Shown: positions 45,733 through 58,884, counted from the first letter of the stretch. The stretch is DNA of 64,000 nucleotides from an uncultured Collinsella sp. (GCA_900543645.1 UQRZ01000002.1:132969-196968), one strand, 5' to 3'. Notes: a model not told the origin generated them from the sequence alone. A program made the numbers and translations.

Positions 45733-45875
45733 AAACGGTTGCCGTAGCTGTCGGCAGACGAGCTTGTCGACGTTGCTGGATCTCCCCTCGTCTGCCGTTG
45801 GCGGGTGTTGCGGGGCTGTTCGCCGCATTGCCGCCGCGCTGGGGGTGTGCAGACCGTAGGATAGTCTTATTGACA

Positions 45876-45890
45876 GCCTGTCAACTTATC
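45876..45890. promoter_or_regulatory. Palindromic operator-like site TTGACAG-C-CTGTCAA overlapping the start region of the glpA-like operon
   Basis: 7-bp perfect arms, 10-25 nt upstream of the GTG start and its GGGAGG SD. Confidence 0.35.
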
Positions 45891-45901
45891 TGGGAGGCAC
45901 C

Positions 45902-47380
45902 GTGGCAGAAACGTTTGATATCGCAATTGTGGGCGCGGGCATTACCGGGTGTGCCATCGCGCGGCAGCTCGCGCGATTTGACCTGTCCATTTGCGTGGTC
46001 GAGGCGGCCAACGATGTCGCCCTAGGCGCATCGAAGGCCAACGGCGGCCTGGTACACGCCGGCTACGATCCGTCGCCGGGCACCGTAAAGGCGCAGGTCA
46101 ACGCCCGCGGCTGCGAGCTATATGGCACGTGGGCCCAGGAACTGGGCTTTTTGTTTTGCCGCACCGGATCCATGGTGCTGGGATTTAGCGACGAGGACCG
46201 TGCGCAACTGGAGAAGCTGCGCCAGAATGGCATAGCCAACGGCGTTCCCGAGCTGTCGATTATCGGCCCCGAGCGCATCCACGAGCTGGAACCGCGCGCG
46301 AGTGCCCTGGCCACGTGCGCGCTATGGTGCCCCTCGACTGGCTTTGTCGATCCCTTTGAGGTCGCCATTGCCGCGCTGGAGAACGCCGTCGCCAACGGCG
46401 TGACATTTATGTGGTCTGCGCCGGTGGAAGCGATTGAGGTTGCTGGCGGCGAGGCTACCGACGGGGCTGTGCGCTTTACGCTGGCGACGCCCGCCGGAGA
46501 GGTGCGCTGTCGCTACCTGATCAACGCCGCGGGCAACGGCGCCGCGGACATCTCGCATATGGCGGGCGCCGAAGAGTTTCAGATGGTCTGGCGCCAGGGC
46601 AACATCGTGGTGCTGGACAAGGAGCCGCGGGCGCTCATGCCGCTCTACCCCGTTCCCACGCCGGTGTCCAAGGGCGTTATCGTCACGGGAACCGTGCACG
46701 GCAACACCGTGATTACCGCGACGGCCGCCGTGCGCGAGCCGGGCGACACGCAGACCTATGCGAGCGATGTAAACGCGCTCCTGAACGGCGCGCGCAAGCT
46801 GGTGCCCGACCTGGAGACGCACCGCGTGGTGCGTGCGTTTGCCGGCGGGCGTCCGGTCATTCGGGGAACGAACGACTTCTTTATTGGACAGTCGGCCGTG
46901 GTGCCGGGGCTCTTCCAAGCGGCGGGCATTCAGTCCCCAGGCGTGGCGAGCGCGCCTGCCATTGCCGAGCGTATAGAACTTGTGATGCGTGAGTCGGGCG
47001 TGGAGCTGCGCGAGCGGGCGGACTGGAATCCAATTCGCCGCGAGCCGGACGACTTTGACCGCGCACCGCTGGCGCGCAAGGAGGAGCTGATCGAGTCCGA
47101 CCCCGCGTGGGGGCAGATCGTCTGCCGCTGCGAGACGGTGCCCGAGGCCGAGATAGTGGCCGCGATCCGACGCCACCCGGGCGCGGTTTCGGTCGAGGGC
47201 GTCAAGCGCCGCTGCCGAGCCGGCATGGGTCGGTGCCAAAGCGGCTTTTGCCAGAGCCGCGTGGTGGCGATCCTGGCGCGCGAGCTGGGCTGCGACCCCA
47301 GCGAAGTGCTGTTGGAAGATGCCGGATCTTGGTTGGTCGAGGGACCGCTGAAGGGGGTGCGCCAGAATGGCGACGTTTGA
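45902..47380 (+). CDS. FAD-dependent glycerol-3-phosphate dehydrogenase-like oxidoreductase with C-terminal BFD-like [2Fe-2S] domain
   Basis: N-terminal IAIVGAGITGCAIA FAD motif. C-terminal CRCETV...CQSGFC cysteine cluster. GTG start. Confidence 0.8.
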   Translation: MAETFDIAIVGAGITGCAIARQLARFDLSICVVEAANDVALGASKANGGLVHAGYDPSPGTVKAQVNARGCELYGTWAQELGFLFCRTGSMVLGFSDEDRAQLEKLRQNGIANGVPELSIIGPERIHELEPRASALATCALWCPSTGFVDPFEVAIAALENAVANGVTFMWSAPVEAIEVAGGEATDGAVRFTLATPAGEVRCRYLINAAGNGAADISHMAGAEEFQMVWRQGNIVVLDKEPRALMPLYPVPTPVSKGVIVTGTVHGNTVITATAAVREPGDTQTYASDVNALLNGARKLVPDLETHRVVRAFAGGRPVIRGTNDFFIGQSAVVPGLFQAAGIQSPGVASAPAIAERIELVMRESGVELRERADWNPIRREPDDFDRAPLARKEELIESDPAWGQIVCRCETVPEAEIVAAIRRHPGAVSVEGVKRRCRAGMGRCQSGFCQSRVVAILARELGCDPSEVLLEDAGSWLVEGPLKGVRQNGDV

Positions 47381-48722
47381 TATGCGCGACGAACGCGCGG
47401 AGGCGAGCGCCGTGGCAACGCAAGTCTTCGACGTGGTCGTTATCGGCGGCGGACCTGCCGGCATGGCGGCCGCGCTGGCCGCTCATAAGGCCGGAGCGCG
47501 CGTGGCCATCGTGGAGCGCGAGCAGCATCTGGGCGGCATCCTGCGCCAGTGCATCCACCCCGGCTTTGGCCTGTCGCACTTTAAACAGGAGCTCACCGGT
47601 CCCGAGTACGCGCAGCGCTTTATCGACCAGGTGCACGCAACCGACATTGCGCTGTTCCTGAACAGCATGGTGCTTGGGATTGATTCAGGCGAGCCTGCGG
47701 AAGACACCGCGGTCCATACCGTCACGCTCATGAGCCGCGCCGGCATGCTGCAGCTCACCGGGCACGCCGTCGTTCTTGCCATGGGATGTCGCGAGCGCAC
47801 CCGCAGCGAGATCAAGATTCCCGGCAGCCGCCCTGCCGGCGTGTTTACGGCCGGCTTGGCGCAGCGATACATCAATATCGAAAACCTCAAACCCGGCTCG
47901 CGCGCCGTCATCTTGGGTTCGGGCGATATCGGACTCATCATGGCACGTCGCTGCACGCTCGAGGGGATTTCGGTCGAGGGCGTGTACGAGCTCATGCCGT
48001 ACGCCAACGGTCTGCGCCGCAACGTTAAGAACTGTCTGGACGACTTTGGCATTCCGCTGCATCTGTCTACCACGGTCACGCGCGTGATCGGGCACGACCG
48101 CGTGGAAGCCGTCGAGGTAAGCCAGGTCGACGAGCGCCTGGCGCCCATTCCGGGGACCGAGCGCGTTGTTCCGTGTGACACACTGCTGCTTTCGGTGGGC
48201 TTAATTCCCGAGAACGAGCTTTCGGTTGCTGCAGGCGTGGAGCTTGACCCGCGCACGCGCGGCGCCGTGGTGGACCAGAGCCTGCAGACGGGCGTGCCGG
48301 GCATCTTTGCCTGTGGCAACGTTCTGCACGTGCACGACCTGGCCGACAACGTGACGACCGAGTCCGAGCGCGCCGGTGCAGCCGCGGCGGCGTACGCGCT
48401 GGGTGGCGGAGCCGAAACGAACGCGGTCGCGGACATGAGCTGCGAGCTCACGGTCTCCCCTGCCGGCATTGCGGGCTACGCGCTGCCGGGACGCATTACG
48501 GCTGTGGCGCTCACCAGGCTCAACTTCCGCGTACGCCGGCCGGTCGATACCGCTCGAGTACGCATCTTGGCCAACGGCGAAGAAGTGTTTGCGGGCAAAG
48601 TCCGCGCGTTTAAACCGAGCGTCATGGAAAGCTTCCCGCTGCCGGCTAAGGTGATTCAACGCGCACTCGACCTGGGTGCCAGCGAAATCGTCCTGTCCGT
48701 CGATCCCGTTGAGGAGGCATAG
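47367..48722 (+). CDS. NAD(P)/FAD-dependent oxidoreductase (pyridine nucleotide-disulfide family)
   Basis: VVVIGGGPAGMAAA and a second Rossmann motif VILGSGDIGL. Confidence 0.8.
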   Translation: MATFDMRDERAEASAVATQVFDVVVIGGGPAGMAAALAAHKAGARVAIVEREQHLGGILRQCIHPGFGLSHFKQELTGPEYAQRFIDQVHATDIALFLNSMVLGIDSGEPAEDTAVHTVTLMSRAGMLQLTGHAVVLAMGCRERTRSEIKIPGSRPAGVFTAGLAQRYINIENLKPGSRAVILGSGDIGLIMARRCTLEGISVEGVYELMPYANGLRRNVKNCLDDFGIPLHLSTTVTRVIGHDRVEAVEVSQVDERLAPIPGTERVVPCDTLLLSVGLIPENELSVAAGVELDPRTRGAVVDQSLQTGVPGIFACGNVLHVHDLADNVTTESERAGAAAAAYALGGGAETNAVADMSCELTVSPAGIAGYALPGRITAVALTRLNFRVRRPVDTARVRILANGEEVFAGKVRAFKPSVMESFPLPAKVIQRALDLGASEIVLSVDPVEEA

Positions 48723-48725
48723 CTC

Positions 48726-49124
48726 ATGAGTACGAATGTGACCGAGACGCTGCAGTTCAACTGCACCACCTGCCCATCCGAGTGCCTCCTGACCGTAGAG
48801 GTGGAGCACGACGCCAATGGCACCGTGGTGGAAGTGCGCTCCGTAACCGGTAACAACTGCCCGCGCGGCGATACGTTCGCACATCAGGAGCTCACCTGCC
48901 CCATGCGCGTGCTCACAACGACCGTGGCCGTCTCCGGCGGCGACGAAGCCCTACTCCCCGTCCGCACGGCCGAAGCCATCCCGCTAGAACTCCACGCCCA
49001 GGCCATGGACCTCATCCGCGGCGTGGTCGTCGAGGCCCCCATCCGCATGGGCGACATCGTTCTGAAGAACCTCCTCAACACCAACATCGACCTCATCGCC
49101 AGCATGGACATCGACCGAGCCTAA
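48726..49124 (+). CDS. DUF1667-domain protein
   Basis: 132 aa with Cys cluster (CTTCPSEC...NNCPRGD). Third member of the conserved glpA-like trio. Confidence 0.7.
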   Translation: MSTNVTETLQFNCTTCPSECLLTVEVEHDANGTVVEVRSVTGNNCPRGDTFAHQELTCPMRVLTTTVAVSGGDEALLPVRTAEAIPLELHAQAMDLIRGVVVEAPIRMGDIVLKNLLNTNIDLIASMDIDRA

Positions 49125-49252
49125 GTAGCTCATTTGGGACGGGCTCTTTTAGCTGCTTTTGCAAGGAGTGTCCCCAGGTGCCGGCATAAAAGGAACGTCC
49201 CTATGTGCCGGGCTTGGGATACCATGGTGGCACCCTAGCGAAAGGATGTTTC

Positions 49253-50341
49253 ATGGCACATGTCGATGACCAGCGCGTGGCGCGTGTGCTCGATGCGCTC
49301 GAGGCTCAGCACCCCGGCGCACAGCTGCTCGTAAACGACCCGTGGTCGATCTATTACCTGACCGGCTTTTATGCCGATATGTTCGAGCGCTTTTGCGGCG
49401 TGCTACTCGCGCGCAATGCCGAGCCAGTGATCTTGGTCAACGCGCTGCATCAGCTGCCCGAGTATGACAATGCCCGCGTCGCCTATCACACCGATACCGA
49501 TATCGTGACCGATGCCATCGCTCGCGAGATCGATCCGACCAAGCCGCTTGGCATCGACACTGTCATGCGTTCTGGCTTCTTAATGCCCCTCATGGAACGC
49601 CAGGCCGCAAGCGAGTTTTTCCTGGGTGACTTTGCCGTCACCGCCGCACGCACCTACAAAGACGCTACCGAGCAGGAGCTTATGCGCGCGTCCTCGGCCG
49701 CCAACGACGCCGTGATGGCCGACGCCATCAAGCTCGTCCACGAGGGTGTAACGGAGCGCGAGATTGCCGACCAGATGCTCAATCTGTATCGCAAGCACGG
49801 CTGCGAGGGCTTTAGCTTTCCGCCCATCGTGAGCTTTGGCGCCAACGCCGGCGACCCGCATCACGAGCCCGACGATACCGAGCTTAAACGCGGCGACGCG
49901 GTGCTGTTCGACATTGGCGGACGCCATCGCAACTACTGCTCGGACATGACGCGCACGTTCTTTTGGGGCGAGCCGGACGAGGAGACGGCGCACATCTACG
50001 ATATCGTGCGCCGCGCCAACGAGGCCGCCGAGGCGCTCATCGCACCGGGCGTGCGCATGTGCGACCTGGACCGTGCCGCGCGCGACGTGATTGAGGACGC
50101 GGGCTACGGCGAATACTTTACGCATCGCCTGGGTCACTCGATCGGCCTGCAGGACCACGAGCCGGGCGACGTCTCGCTCGTCAACGAGCAGGTCGTAGAG
50201 CCGGGCATGACGTTCTCCATCGAACCGGGCATCTACCTCCCCGACCGCACCGGCGTCCGCATCGAGGACCTGGCCCTGGTGACCGAGAACGGCGTCGAGA
50301 TTCTCAACGCCCACCCCCACGATCCGGTCCGCCTAGACTAG
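49253..50341 (+). CDS. M24-family Xaa-Pro aminopeptidase
   Basis: Metal-binding HRLGHSIGLQDHE and a pita-bread fold pattern. ATG with AAAGGA SD. Confidence 0.85.
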   Translation: MAHVDDQRVARVLDALEAQHPGAQLLVNDPWSIYYLTGFYADMFERFCGVLLARNAEPVILVNALHQLPEYDNARVAYHTDTDIVTDAIAREIDPTKPLGIDTVMRSGFLMPLMERQAASEFFLGDFAVTAARTYKDATEQELMRASSAANDAVMADAIKLVHEGVTEREIADQMLNLYRKHGCEGFSFPPIVSFGANAGDPHHEPDDTELKRGDAVLFDIGGRHRNYCSDMTRTFFWGEPDEETAHIYDIVRRANEAAEALIAPGVRMCDLDRAARDVIEDAGYGEYFTHRLGHSIGLQDHEPGDVSLVNEQVVEPGMTFSIEPGIYLPDRTGVRIEDLALVTENGVEILNAHPHDPVRLD

Positions 50342-50405
50342 CCAATGTGCCAAAGGGACAGCCCCGTTGACACATTCCGCTAACGTCGCGCCACGAAACC
50401 GGGCC

Positions 50406-50533
50406 ATCTACTACGTTTAACCCGCATGGGTCGACCATGCGGGAATTTTTTGAAAATCGACAAGTTATCTACCTGCGGTTTTAATTTCACAATGCTCCGC
50501 GTGGTCGAGGGTAGTCGGTAAAACGTAGTAGAT
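50406..50533. repeat. MITE-like element copy 3 (17-bp terminal inverted repeats ATCTACTACGTTTAACC / GGTAAAACGTAGTAGAT)
   Basis: Shares the TACTACG terminal inverted repeat core and the internal ATCTACCTGCGGTTTT motif with copies 1 and 2. Confidence 0.5.
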
Positions 50534-50692
50534 AAGCCCATTTCGTGGCGAGCAAGTCAACTCGAGGCGCAGGGTAGTCAAAATTGCCCCGTCCCAAATT
50601 GACTACTTTTAAGTTGCGGTGATATACGGACTGTTTGAGGCTCCTGGCTTGTAAAACAGTCCGCATTTCACCGCAACCGCTGAGGGGATGGG

Positions 50693-52036
50693 TTAGCGCA
50701 GCAGGCCGGCTACTTCGCCGGCTAGGGTGATGGTGCCGGCTGCTACGAAGGGCTCGCCTGCGGCATCGAAGGCAGCGAGGGCCTCGGACACGCTCGGGTA
50801 TACGCCCGCGAGCTTATCGGCACCCACCAGGGCAGCGAGCTCCTCTGCCGGCAGGGCGCGATCGGAATCGGTCTGGGTCACGACCACGCGGGGGAACGCC
50901 GGAACCAGAACGTCAACGATACCCGCCACGTCCTTATCGGCCAGCGCGGCACACAGCAGCACGGGGCGGTTCTCCACGCACGGATCGATCTCGTCCAGCG
51001 CGCTCACAAAGTTCTCGCAGCTCTGGGGGTTATGACAGGCGTCGATCAGCTTGAGCGGATCAGTTCCCAGCACATCAAATCGGCCCGGCGTGGGGCAGCC
51101 CACAAGCGACACATCGAGCTTGTCATGATCGAGCTCGCGAGCCAGATACCCCTCGCAAAGCATAATCGCGCACGCAGCATTCTGCGGTTGATACGCCGGC
51201 TTGACCATGCTCGACGTATAAATCGCACGCGGCGTAGTGCAGCTAAACTCAACCGTATCGCCCACATGCGCCGGCACCTTAGTCGTGGCGTGGCTCACCA
51301 CGAGCGGCACGACGCCGCACTCGCGACAACGGGCATCCATCACGCGCTGAACGCTCGCCTCATGCGTGCCCTCGCCCAGTACAACCAGGCGTCCGGGCTT
51401 AATGACCGCAGCCTTCTCCCCCGCAATGGCCTCGAGCGTATCGCCCAAAATACGTGTGTGATCGAGCCCAATGCCCGTAATGGCAACGGCGACGGGATCG
51501 GTCGCGCTCGTGGCGTCCCAACGCCCGCCCATGCCAACCTCGAGCACGGCAACATCCACCGCGGCCTCGGCAAACACCACAAGTGCAGCAGCCGTCAAAA
51601 GGTCAAACGGCGTGATGGTATAGGCGCGCTCCCCCGCCGCCACACGACGGGCATTCACTCGATGCCCCGCCTCAACAGCGGCCGAAACGCCACGGGCGAA
51701 TGCCTCATCGCTCACGACGCATCCATCGACTTCCATGCGCTCGGGATAGCGTACCAGCTGTGGCGACGTATACAGCGCGGTCTTGAGCCCCTCACCATGA
51801 AGAATGGCAGCCGAAAAACGCGTAGTCGAAGTCTTGCCATTGGTACCGGCGACCTGAATGCAATCGAAATACTCGTCCGGACGTCCCAGCTCATCAAGCA
51901 TATCGACAACCGTCTCAAGCAGAGGCCCAGCATCCCCAGAAATCCGCCCCGTATCAGCAGCCAGCCCAACAGCCTCATCAAACGAAAGCAACTCAAACGA
52001 GAAAGGAACGACATACGACCCAGAACGCTTAGCCAT
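50693..52036 (-). CDS. folC: Bifunctional folylpolyglutamate synthase / dihydrofolate synthase
   Basis: Mur-ligase fold and P-loop AGTNGKTST. Start reset to ATG MAKRSG with GGGGGA SD. Confidence 0.85.
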   Translation of the reverse strand: MAKRSGSYVVPFSFELLSFDEAVGLAADTGRISGDAGPLLETVVDMLDELGRPDEYFDCIQVAGTNGKTSTTRFSAAILHGEGLKTALYTSPQLVRYPERMEVDGCVVSDEAFARGVSAAVEAGHRVNARRVAAGERAYTITPFDLLTAAALVVFAEAAVDVAVLEVGMGGRWDATSATDPVAVAITGIGLDHTRILGDTLEAIAGEKAAVIKPGRLVVLGEGTHEASVQRVMDARCRECGVVPLVVSHATTKVPAHVGDTVEFSCTTPRAIYTSSMVKPAYQPQNAACAIMLCEGYLARELDHDKLDVSLVGCPTPGRFDVLGTDPLKLIDACHNPQSCENFVSALDEIDPCVENRPVLLCAALADKDVAGIVDVLVPAFPRVVVTQTDSDRALPAEELAALVGADKLAGVYPSVSEALAAFDAAGEPFVAAGTITLAGEVAGLLR

Positions 52037-52316
52037 AACCCAAAGTCCCCCATAACAGAAAAAGAGGCCCACCAAAAAGAATGAGCCCCTCGCGTTGACA
52101 ATATCAGCCTCTATCCGCTTGCAGCGAGATCAAGGCCACAACCAAGTGGCCCTAACACGCCAGATGCAAACAACCACGTAACCGCACTAGGAGCGGCCCG
52201 ACGCTTTGCTCGCCGCAAGTTCCGCACGCAAAGGACAGCACTTAATGTGCTGTCCGTCTTGCGCAGGACTGTCCGCAGCGGAGAGCAAAGCGTCGGGACG
52301 CGCCCCCCAGTACCGC

Positions 52317-55013
<2,697 letters not shown>

Positions 55014-55027
55014 ATATCTCTCCCTTG

Positions 55028-55146
55028 CCCGTCGGGGAGGAATGTAGGCCCGATTTTCGCTCGGTCAGGTCCTGGGCTCGCTCGAAGACCACATTAAGTG
55101 GTCTTCGGCTCGTGCGGAATCTACGAAAATCGGGCCTACATTCCTC
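55028..55146 (-). promoter_or_regulatory. Structured valS 5' leader: 24-bp inverted repeat enclosing a 7-bp-stem hairpin
   Basis: GGAGGAATGTAGGCCCGATTTTCG at 55028-55051 pairs with CGAAAATCGGGCCTACATTCCTCC at 55123-55146. Inner hairpin GAAGACC-ACATTAAGT-GGTCTTC. Lies 14-130 nt upstream of the valS ATG. Confidence 0.5.
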
Positions 55147-55299
55147 CCCTTAGGTATCGATTACTTCAGTCTGAATGACTTCGCTGAGGCTTAAACAAAC
55201 ACACAGAATAACACAGGTAGTTGGGTGTTTTGCGTATATATAAAATAGCCTACGACCGCGGATGGTCGGAGGCTATCGACAAAGACGTTTTGACAGGTT

Positions 55300-56709
55300 T
55301 TAGCCGTAGATGCGCTGGGGCTGTTCTTCGCCCTTTACGGAGGCTTCGGTCACGATGACCTTGGCGACGCCTTCCTCGCTGGGGAGGTCGAACATCGTCT
55401 GCTGCAGCACGTCCTCGCAGATGGAGCGCAGGCCGCGGGCGCCGGTCTTGCGGGCGAGTGCCATGCGGGCGATCTCGTGCAGCGCCGCGTCCTCAAACTC
55501 AAGCTCAACGTCCTCGAGCTGGAACATCTTACGGTACTGGCGCACCACGGCGTTCTTGGGCTCGGTCAGAATCGACACCAGATCGTCCTCGTCGAGCGCC
55601 TGCGTCTGGGTGACGACGGGCGTACGGCCCACAAACTCGGGGATCATGCCAAAGGCGTTGAGGTCCTGCGGGAGCACCTGACGCAGCAGGTCGTTCTCGT
55701 CGACCGAAGTGGGGCCGGCGATCTCGGAGTTAAAGCCCACGCCCTTGTTGCCAACACGGTCGGCGATGATCTTATCCAGGCCCACAAAGGCACCGCCGCA
55801 GATGAACAGGATGTTGGTCGTGTCGATCTGCAGCAGCTCCTGCTGGGGATGCTTGCGGCCGCCGGTGGGCGGAACGCTTGCCACCGTGCCCTCAAGGATC
55901 TTCAGCAGCGCCTGCTGAACGCCCTCGCCCGAAACATCGCGGGTGATGGAGAGGTTCTCGGCCTTGCGGGCAATCTTGTCGATCTCGTCCACGTAGATAA
56001 TGCCGACCTGCGCGCGCTCAATGTCGCCATCGGCAGCATTGATGAGCTTGAGCAGGATGTTCTCCACGTCCTCGCCCACGTAACCGGCCTCGGTGAGCGC
56101 GGTGGCGTCGGCGATGGCAAACGGCACCTCGAGGATGCGCGCGAGCGTCTGGGCGAGCAGAGTCTTACCGGTACCGGTGGGACCGAGCAGCAAAATGTTA
56201 GACTTGGCGAGCTCCACCTCGTCCATATCATCGTCGAGCTGCGAGTCAAAGCCGTCGTCAAAGGCCGAAAGCGCAGCACCGCCCTCGATCACGCGGCGGT
56301 AGTGGTTGTACACGGCAACCGACATGGCGCGCTTGGCGTCCTCTTGGCCCATGACATAGGCCGAAAGCTCGGCATAGATCTCGTGCGGCGTCGGCACGTG
56401 CGTAATGACCTGGCGGGCATCGTCCTCGAGCTCAAAGCCCTCGGCCTCAGGATCCACAGCAGGCTGAGACGCAGCCTGGCCGTGGTCGTTAAGGAAGCCC
56501 GGCAGCTTGCCGTTGCGGGCGGCATCCATAAAGTCCGAAGCCAGCGACTCCTCCAAGATCTCGGAGCAGGCGGCAACACACTCGTCGCAGATAAAGATGT
56601 TGGTCGGACCCTTAACAAGGCGGCGAACCTGGCCCTGCTCTTTTCCGCAGAAGGAGCAGCGGATGGGGTTGCCGTTCTCGTCAAAGTTGTCCTGCATGTT
56701 ACCGGCCAT
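55300..56709 (-). CDS. clpX: ATP-dependent Clp protease ATP-binding subunit ClpX
   Basis: N-terminal C4 zinc finger, Walker [13 protein letters not shown] pore loop. Confidence 0.93.
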   Translation of the reverse strand: MAGNMQDNFDENGNPIRCSFCGKEQGQVRRLVKGPTNIFICDECVAACSEILEESLASDFMDAARNGKLPGFLNDHGQAASQPAVDPEAEGFELEDDARQVITHVPTPHEIYAELSAYVMGQEDAKRAMSVAVYNHYRRVIEGGAALSAFDDGFDSQLDDDMDEVELAKSNILLLGPTGTGKTLLAQTLARILEVPFAIADATALTEAGYVGEDVENILLKLINAADGDIERAQVGIIYVDEIDKIARKAENLSITRDVSGEGVQQALLKILEGTVASVPPTGGRKHPQQELLQIDTTNILFICGGAFVGLDKIIADRVGNKGVGFNSEIAGPTSVDENDLLRQVLPQDLNAFGMIPEFVGRTPVVTQTQALDEDDLVSILTEPKNAVVRQYRKMFQLEDVELEFEDAALHEIARMALARKTGARGLRSICEDVLQQTMFDLPSEEGVAKVIVTEASVKGEEQPQRIYG

Positions 56710-56710
56710 C

Positions 56711-57331
56711 CTAGGCGTCCTTCGCGGCCAAGTCGCGCGAGGTGACGATGCGGTCGATCAGGCCGTAGTCGAGGGCCTCGGCGGCGGTCAGGTAATTGTC
56801 GCGCTCGGTATCGGCCTGGACCTTCTCGATGGGCTGGCCCGAGGCATCGGACAGGATCTGGTTGAGCTCGCGGCGGGTCTTCTTGATCTCCTCAGCCACG
56901 ATCTCGATCTCGGTCTGCTGGCCCTGGGCACCGCCGCTGGGCTGGTGAATCATGACCTTGGAGTGCGGCAGGCAGAAGCGCTTGCCCTTGGCGCCAGCCG
57001 AAAGCAGCACGGCGGCCATGGACGCGGCCATGCCCACGCAGATGGTGGAGACCTGCGGCTTGATGAAGTTCATAGTGTCCAGAATGGCCAGGCCGGAGTA
57101 GACCTCTCCGCCGGGCGAATTGATGTAGAGCGAGATATCCTTCTCGGCATCCTGGCTCTCAAGATGCAACAGCTGGGCAACGACCAGGTTGGCGCTGACG
57201 GAGTTGATCTCCTCGCCCAAGAAGATGATGCGGTCGTTGAGCAGGCGCGAATAGATATCGTAGCTGCGCTCGCCGCGCGGCGTCTGCTCGATAACGTATG
57301 GCACGAGGGCGGAATCGAACTTAGCGATCAT
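56711..57331 (-). CDS. clpP: ATP-dependent Clp protease proteolytic subunit
   Basis: Ser-His-Asp triad context ([13 protein letters not shown]). Start set to ATG MIAKF with GGAG at 6 nt. Confidence 0.9.
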   Translation of the reverse strand: MIAKFDSALVPYVIEQTPRGERSYDIYSRLLNDRIIFLGEEINSVSANLVVAQLLHLESQDAEKDISLYINSPGGEVYSGLAILDTMNFIKPQVSTICVGMAASMAAVLLSAGAKGKRFCLPHSKVMIHQPSGGAQGQQTEIEIVAEEIKKTRRELNQILSDASGQPIEKVQADTERDNYLTAAEALDYGLIDRIVTSRDLAAKDA

Positions 57332-57494
57332 ACGCATCTCCATTTCTCTCTTGCGGACCAAATTGGTTCTAGATAAACGTACGGTGCCCGCATGCTATGC
57401 ATTGGCTGGCACCGTACGAAGCAACCGGATAACCGGTGTATAACTTTACCCCATCACGGGCGCACGCATGCGCTCGCGGGCAAGGTGGCGAGAA

Positions 57495-58808
57495 TTACTC
57501 GGCGTCCTTGGCGGTCTCGTCGACCTCGGTCACCTTGGCGTTCTCGACCAGGTGGTCGACGGCCTTGGAGCGACGGATGGACTCGCGGACGGCAGGCATG
57601 CGGCCGTCGGCGATGAACTCGGCCTTGGAAGCCTCGACATCCTTGACGCCGGCCTTCTCGAACTCGGCGTTAATGTCGTCCTCGGTGACCTCGATCTTGA
57701 GCTCGCGGGCGAGGACGTCGAGGGCCAGGGACTCACGGGCAACGTCGTTGGCCTGCTTGTGCAGGTCGCCGATGAACTGCTCCATGGTCAGGCCGGAAGC
57801 GGGCAGCCAGGTGTCCAGCGTCATGCCGCGGGCAGCGAGGTTGGACAGGAAGTTCTGGCCAAGCTCCTCAAAGACGGACTGCTCGTAGTCGGCGTCCATC
57901 TCCTCGAGCTGCAGGCGCTCGGCGAGAGCGGAGACGCAACGGTTCTCCTTCTCGGCCGGGAGGCGGGAAGCCTTGTCCTGCTCGATCTCGAGCTTGATGG
58001 CGTCGCGCATAGCGTCGATGCTGTCGAAGCCAAAGTCAGACTTGACGAGCTCGTCGGTGAGCTCGGGGGTGTTGCGGACCTTGATGCCCTTGACGGTGAC
58101 CTCGACGGTGTGGGTCTCGGCCTCCTCGCCCTCCTCGGCCTCGTCGGTCCAGGTGACGGACTTGACGTCGTCAACGTTGGCGCCGATCAGAGCCTCGTTG
58201 AACTCGGCGGGGTTGCTGTCGCTACCGGCGATGAGCATGCGGCCTTCGGCGGCAAAGTTGTCGGCATTCTCGACGGCCTTGAGGTCGACGGTGACGTAGT
58301 CCTCGGCCTCGACGGCGCGGCCCTCGACGTCCTCGAAGGTAGCGCGGTAGTTGAGGAGCATCTCGACCTGGTTGTTGATCTCGGACTCGGTGACCTCCGC
58401 AGGGGGCATCTCGATCTCGACAGCGTCGAAGGAGGAGAGCTCAGCGGCGGGACGCAGGGAGAACTCGACGGTGTAGGTGTAGTCCTCGTGATCCTTGGCG
58501 AGGTCGAGCTCCTTGTAGTCACCGCTCTTGGTGGGGACGATGTCCAGCTCGTTGAGGACGGCGGGCTCGTTGGCGGCGATCAGGTCGTTGGTGGCCTGAG
58601 CGAGGGTAGCCTCGGCGCCAAGAGCGGAATCGATGACCGGACGGGGAGCCTTGCCGGCACGGAAGCCCGGGAAGCGGTACTTCTTGGCGGTGTCCTTGTA
58701 GGCCTTCTTGATCGCGGCGTCGACGTCGGCGGCCGGGATGGTGACCGTAGCGGTGAGCTTGGCGTCCTTGACGTCAGAAGCGGTGATGTTCAACACGTTC
58801 CTCCTCAT
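57495..58808 (-). CDS. tig: Trigger factor
   Basis: Ribosome-binding N-terminus, FKBP-like middle and C-terminal arm. Conserved tig-clpP-clpX order. ATG start chosen over the TTG of the ORF track. Confidence 0.88.
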   Translation of the reverse strand: MRRNVLNITASDVKDAKLTATVTIPAADVDAAIKKAYKDTAKKYRFPGFRAGKAPRPVIDSALGAEATLAQATNDLIAANEPAVLNELDIVPTKSGDYKELDLAKDHEDYTYTVEFSLRPAAELSSFDAVEIEMPPAEVTESEINNQVEMLLNYRATFEDVEGRAVEAEDYVTVDLKAVENADNFAAEGRMLIAGSDSNPAEFNEALIGANVDDVKSVTWTDEAEEGEEAETHTVEVTVKGIKVRNTPELTDELVKSDFGFDSIDAMRDAIKLEIEQDKASRLPAEKENRCVSALAERLQLEEMDADYEQSVFEELGQNFLSNLAARGMTLDTWLPASGLTMEQFIGDLHKQANDVARESLALDVLARELKIEVTEDDINAEFEKAGVKDVEASKAEFIADGRMPAVRESIRRSKAVDHLVENAKVTEVDETAKDAE

Positions 58809-58884
58809 ACTGCCCAGCTTATCTGAGGTGCTGGTACCTTTATGCAACAAAGAGTCGCGACGGCCGAAGCCGACGCAGATGCGT

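Noticed and set aside
55014-55300. T-box riboswitch upstream of valS (and similarly thrS at 44759-44990)
   Set aside because: No T-box consensus (AATTAGGGTGGNACCGCG-like) and no specifier loop or antiterminator arrangement could be found. The structures present are simple nested hairpins.
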